Assembly (NCBI GenBank): GCA_965234725.1
Contig: CBDDUX010000105.1
Coordinates: forward strand, 1 to 10,285
Direction: 5' to 3'
DNA: 10,285 bases
DNA from: Thermoplasmatota archaeon
GTDB taxonomy: Archaea > Thermoplasmatota > Penumbrarchaeia > Penumbrarchaeales > Penumbrarchaeaceae
Positions 9,248 through 10,285 of the stretch are shown here, in pieces. The position numbers and the translations under genes were made by a program. The notes beneath the pieces were generated by a model that searched no databases, had not been told where the DNA came from, and saw nothing but the letters and a program-made list of their open reading frames with translations. The stretch's first letter is position 1, and each line of letters opens with the position of its first letter.

Positions 9248-9368
9248 TCCCCCGTACTCTTTTAAGCCTCGGATCCCTCCTGGACAACCTCTCCCTGGCA
9301 TCATGTCCATTACCATCAACGATCTCTAAATTGTAGGTAGCCCGATCAACATATGTCCACTCTCATGT

Positions 9369-10274
9369 TCAGGGTCCTTCTCCAAGCTTCCAGCTCTCGA
9401 TCTGTGACTGGGCGATCTTGATATCCTTATGCCGAGAGATCTCTTCAAGGATCTTTCTATGTATCCTGTCCGATATCAACCTACGAGACCTTGCTTCGGT
9501 CACGAACCTCACATGTAAATTGATCCACGATGAATCGAAATTGACATAGACCATGGGTTGAACATCCTTCTTTGGAAGATAGTATTTCTCCCCGATCCTC
9601 TCTATCTCGGTAGATGCTTTCTCCGTCATCACTGCAACTTCCTTCAAGGTTATCCGATGGATCGGTTTAATAATGGAACTCCAATTGCTGTCGTATGTCA
9701 GGTTAATGCTGATCTCATCCCAAAGGAAGCTGTGGTCCTTTGTGTAGTTGAAGATGTCATCTGTAAGGACCTTCCCATTGGTTGCCATAACGATCCTCCC
9801 TGATGCCTGGTCACCTCCAACCCAACCTCTTGTCTCCATCAAGGTCGTATAGAAGAGGCCAATATCCATGACATCTCCATATACCTGACCTATCTGGACA
9901 CGGTCACCGACACGGTAGATATTGTTGAAAAGTATCAATAGGCCCCCTGCGAATCCTTTGAAGAAATCCTGCAGGGAAATTGCAATACCCGCTGCGATCA
10001 ATCCGTATGCAACCACGATAGCCTGTGTATTCTCGATCCAAACGGTTACGACAATCGAGGTAACTGCAATTACGAAAAGAATTGAAATTACCTTCCTCGA
10101 GGTGTATCTTACCTTGTAATCCTTGACCTTGGCACTAGCAATCTCTTCCAATATTACCTTCAAGAAGAGATAGATGACAGAGGTATAGAACATGGTAAGG
10201 AATGATTTCCATAAAAAGATGTGATCTATGAACATCAGTACTTCACTAACTTTTTGAATCGATGTAAGGTACAC
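9369..10274 (-). CDS. mscS: Small-conductance mechanosensitive channel (MscS family); N-terminus may lie beyond the window
   Basis: TM helices followed by the MscS signature GLIAAGIAISLQDFFKGFAGGLLILFNNIYRVGDRVQIG..YGDVMDIGLFYT, then IFNYT and WDEISINLTYDSNW. The frame has no stop from the GTG at 10274 to the window edge (CCA GGG GGT), so the true start is uncertain. Confidence 0.88.
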   Translation of the reverse strand: MYLTSIQKVSEVLMFIDHIFLWKSFLTMFYTSVIYLFLKVILEEIASAKVKDYKVRYTSRKVISILFVIAVTSIVVTVWIENTQAIVVAYGLIAAGIAISLQDFFKGFAGGLLILFNNIYRVGDRVQIGQVYGDVMDIGLFYTTLMETRGWVGGDQASGRIVMATNGKVLTDDIFNYTKDHSFLWDEISINLTYDSNWSSIIKPIHRITLKEVAVMTEKASTEIERIGEKYYLPKKDVQPMVYVNFDSSWINLHVRFVTEARSRRLISDRIHRKILEEISRHKDIKIAQSQIESWKLGEGP

Positions 10275-10285
10275 TGGCCCACCGA

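Noticed and set aside
9215..9316. 33-codon minus-strand ORF (MVMDMMPGRG...) in the mscS-surface protein gap
   Set aside because: It is very short, has no convincing SD, and runs through the putative promoter of the downstream gene.
1786..10119. Remaining short plus-strand and alternate-frame ORFs (e.g. 1786-2067, 4232-4735, 5507-6070, 6729-7022, 8679-8948, 9558-9803)
   Set aside because: All lie within or almost within well-supported minus-strand genes and show no domain signatures.

Overview
A 10.3 kb chromosomal stretch with five co-oriented minus-strand genes. In transcription order: an MscS-family small mechanosensitive channel (probably 5'-truncated by the window edge); a 1407-aa membrane-anchored surface protein (signal peptide, duplicated NosD/CASH-type parallel beta-helix, FN3/Ig-like modules, C-terminal TM); a GDH-2 (GudB/RocG/Thermococcus-like) glutamate dehydrogenase; a GNAT acetyltransferase fused to a Zn-dependent HDAC/acetylpolyamine-amidohydrolase domain; and an NADP-type GDH-1 (GdhA) ending at a hairpin plus T-tract terminator. 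TATA-box-like promoters (TTTATATA; CCGAACAG-TATAAAT), GGAGG/GGAGTGA ribosome-binding sites and the surface-protein architecture suggest an archaeal host, possibly Thermoplasmatota-like (inference). The main lead is a fused acetyl writer-eraser gene lying between two glutamate dehydrogenases of different subfamilies. A second lead is a ~95-nt structured 5' leader on gdhA whose closing stem overlaps the Shine-Dalgarno sequence. No rRNA, tRNA, CRISPR array or mobile element was seen.
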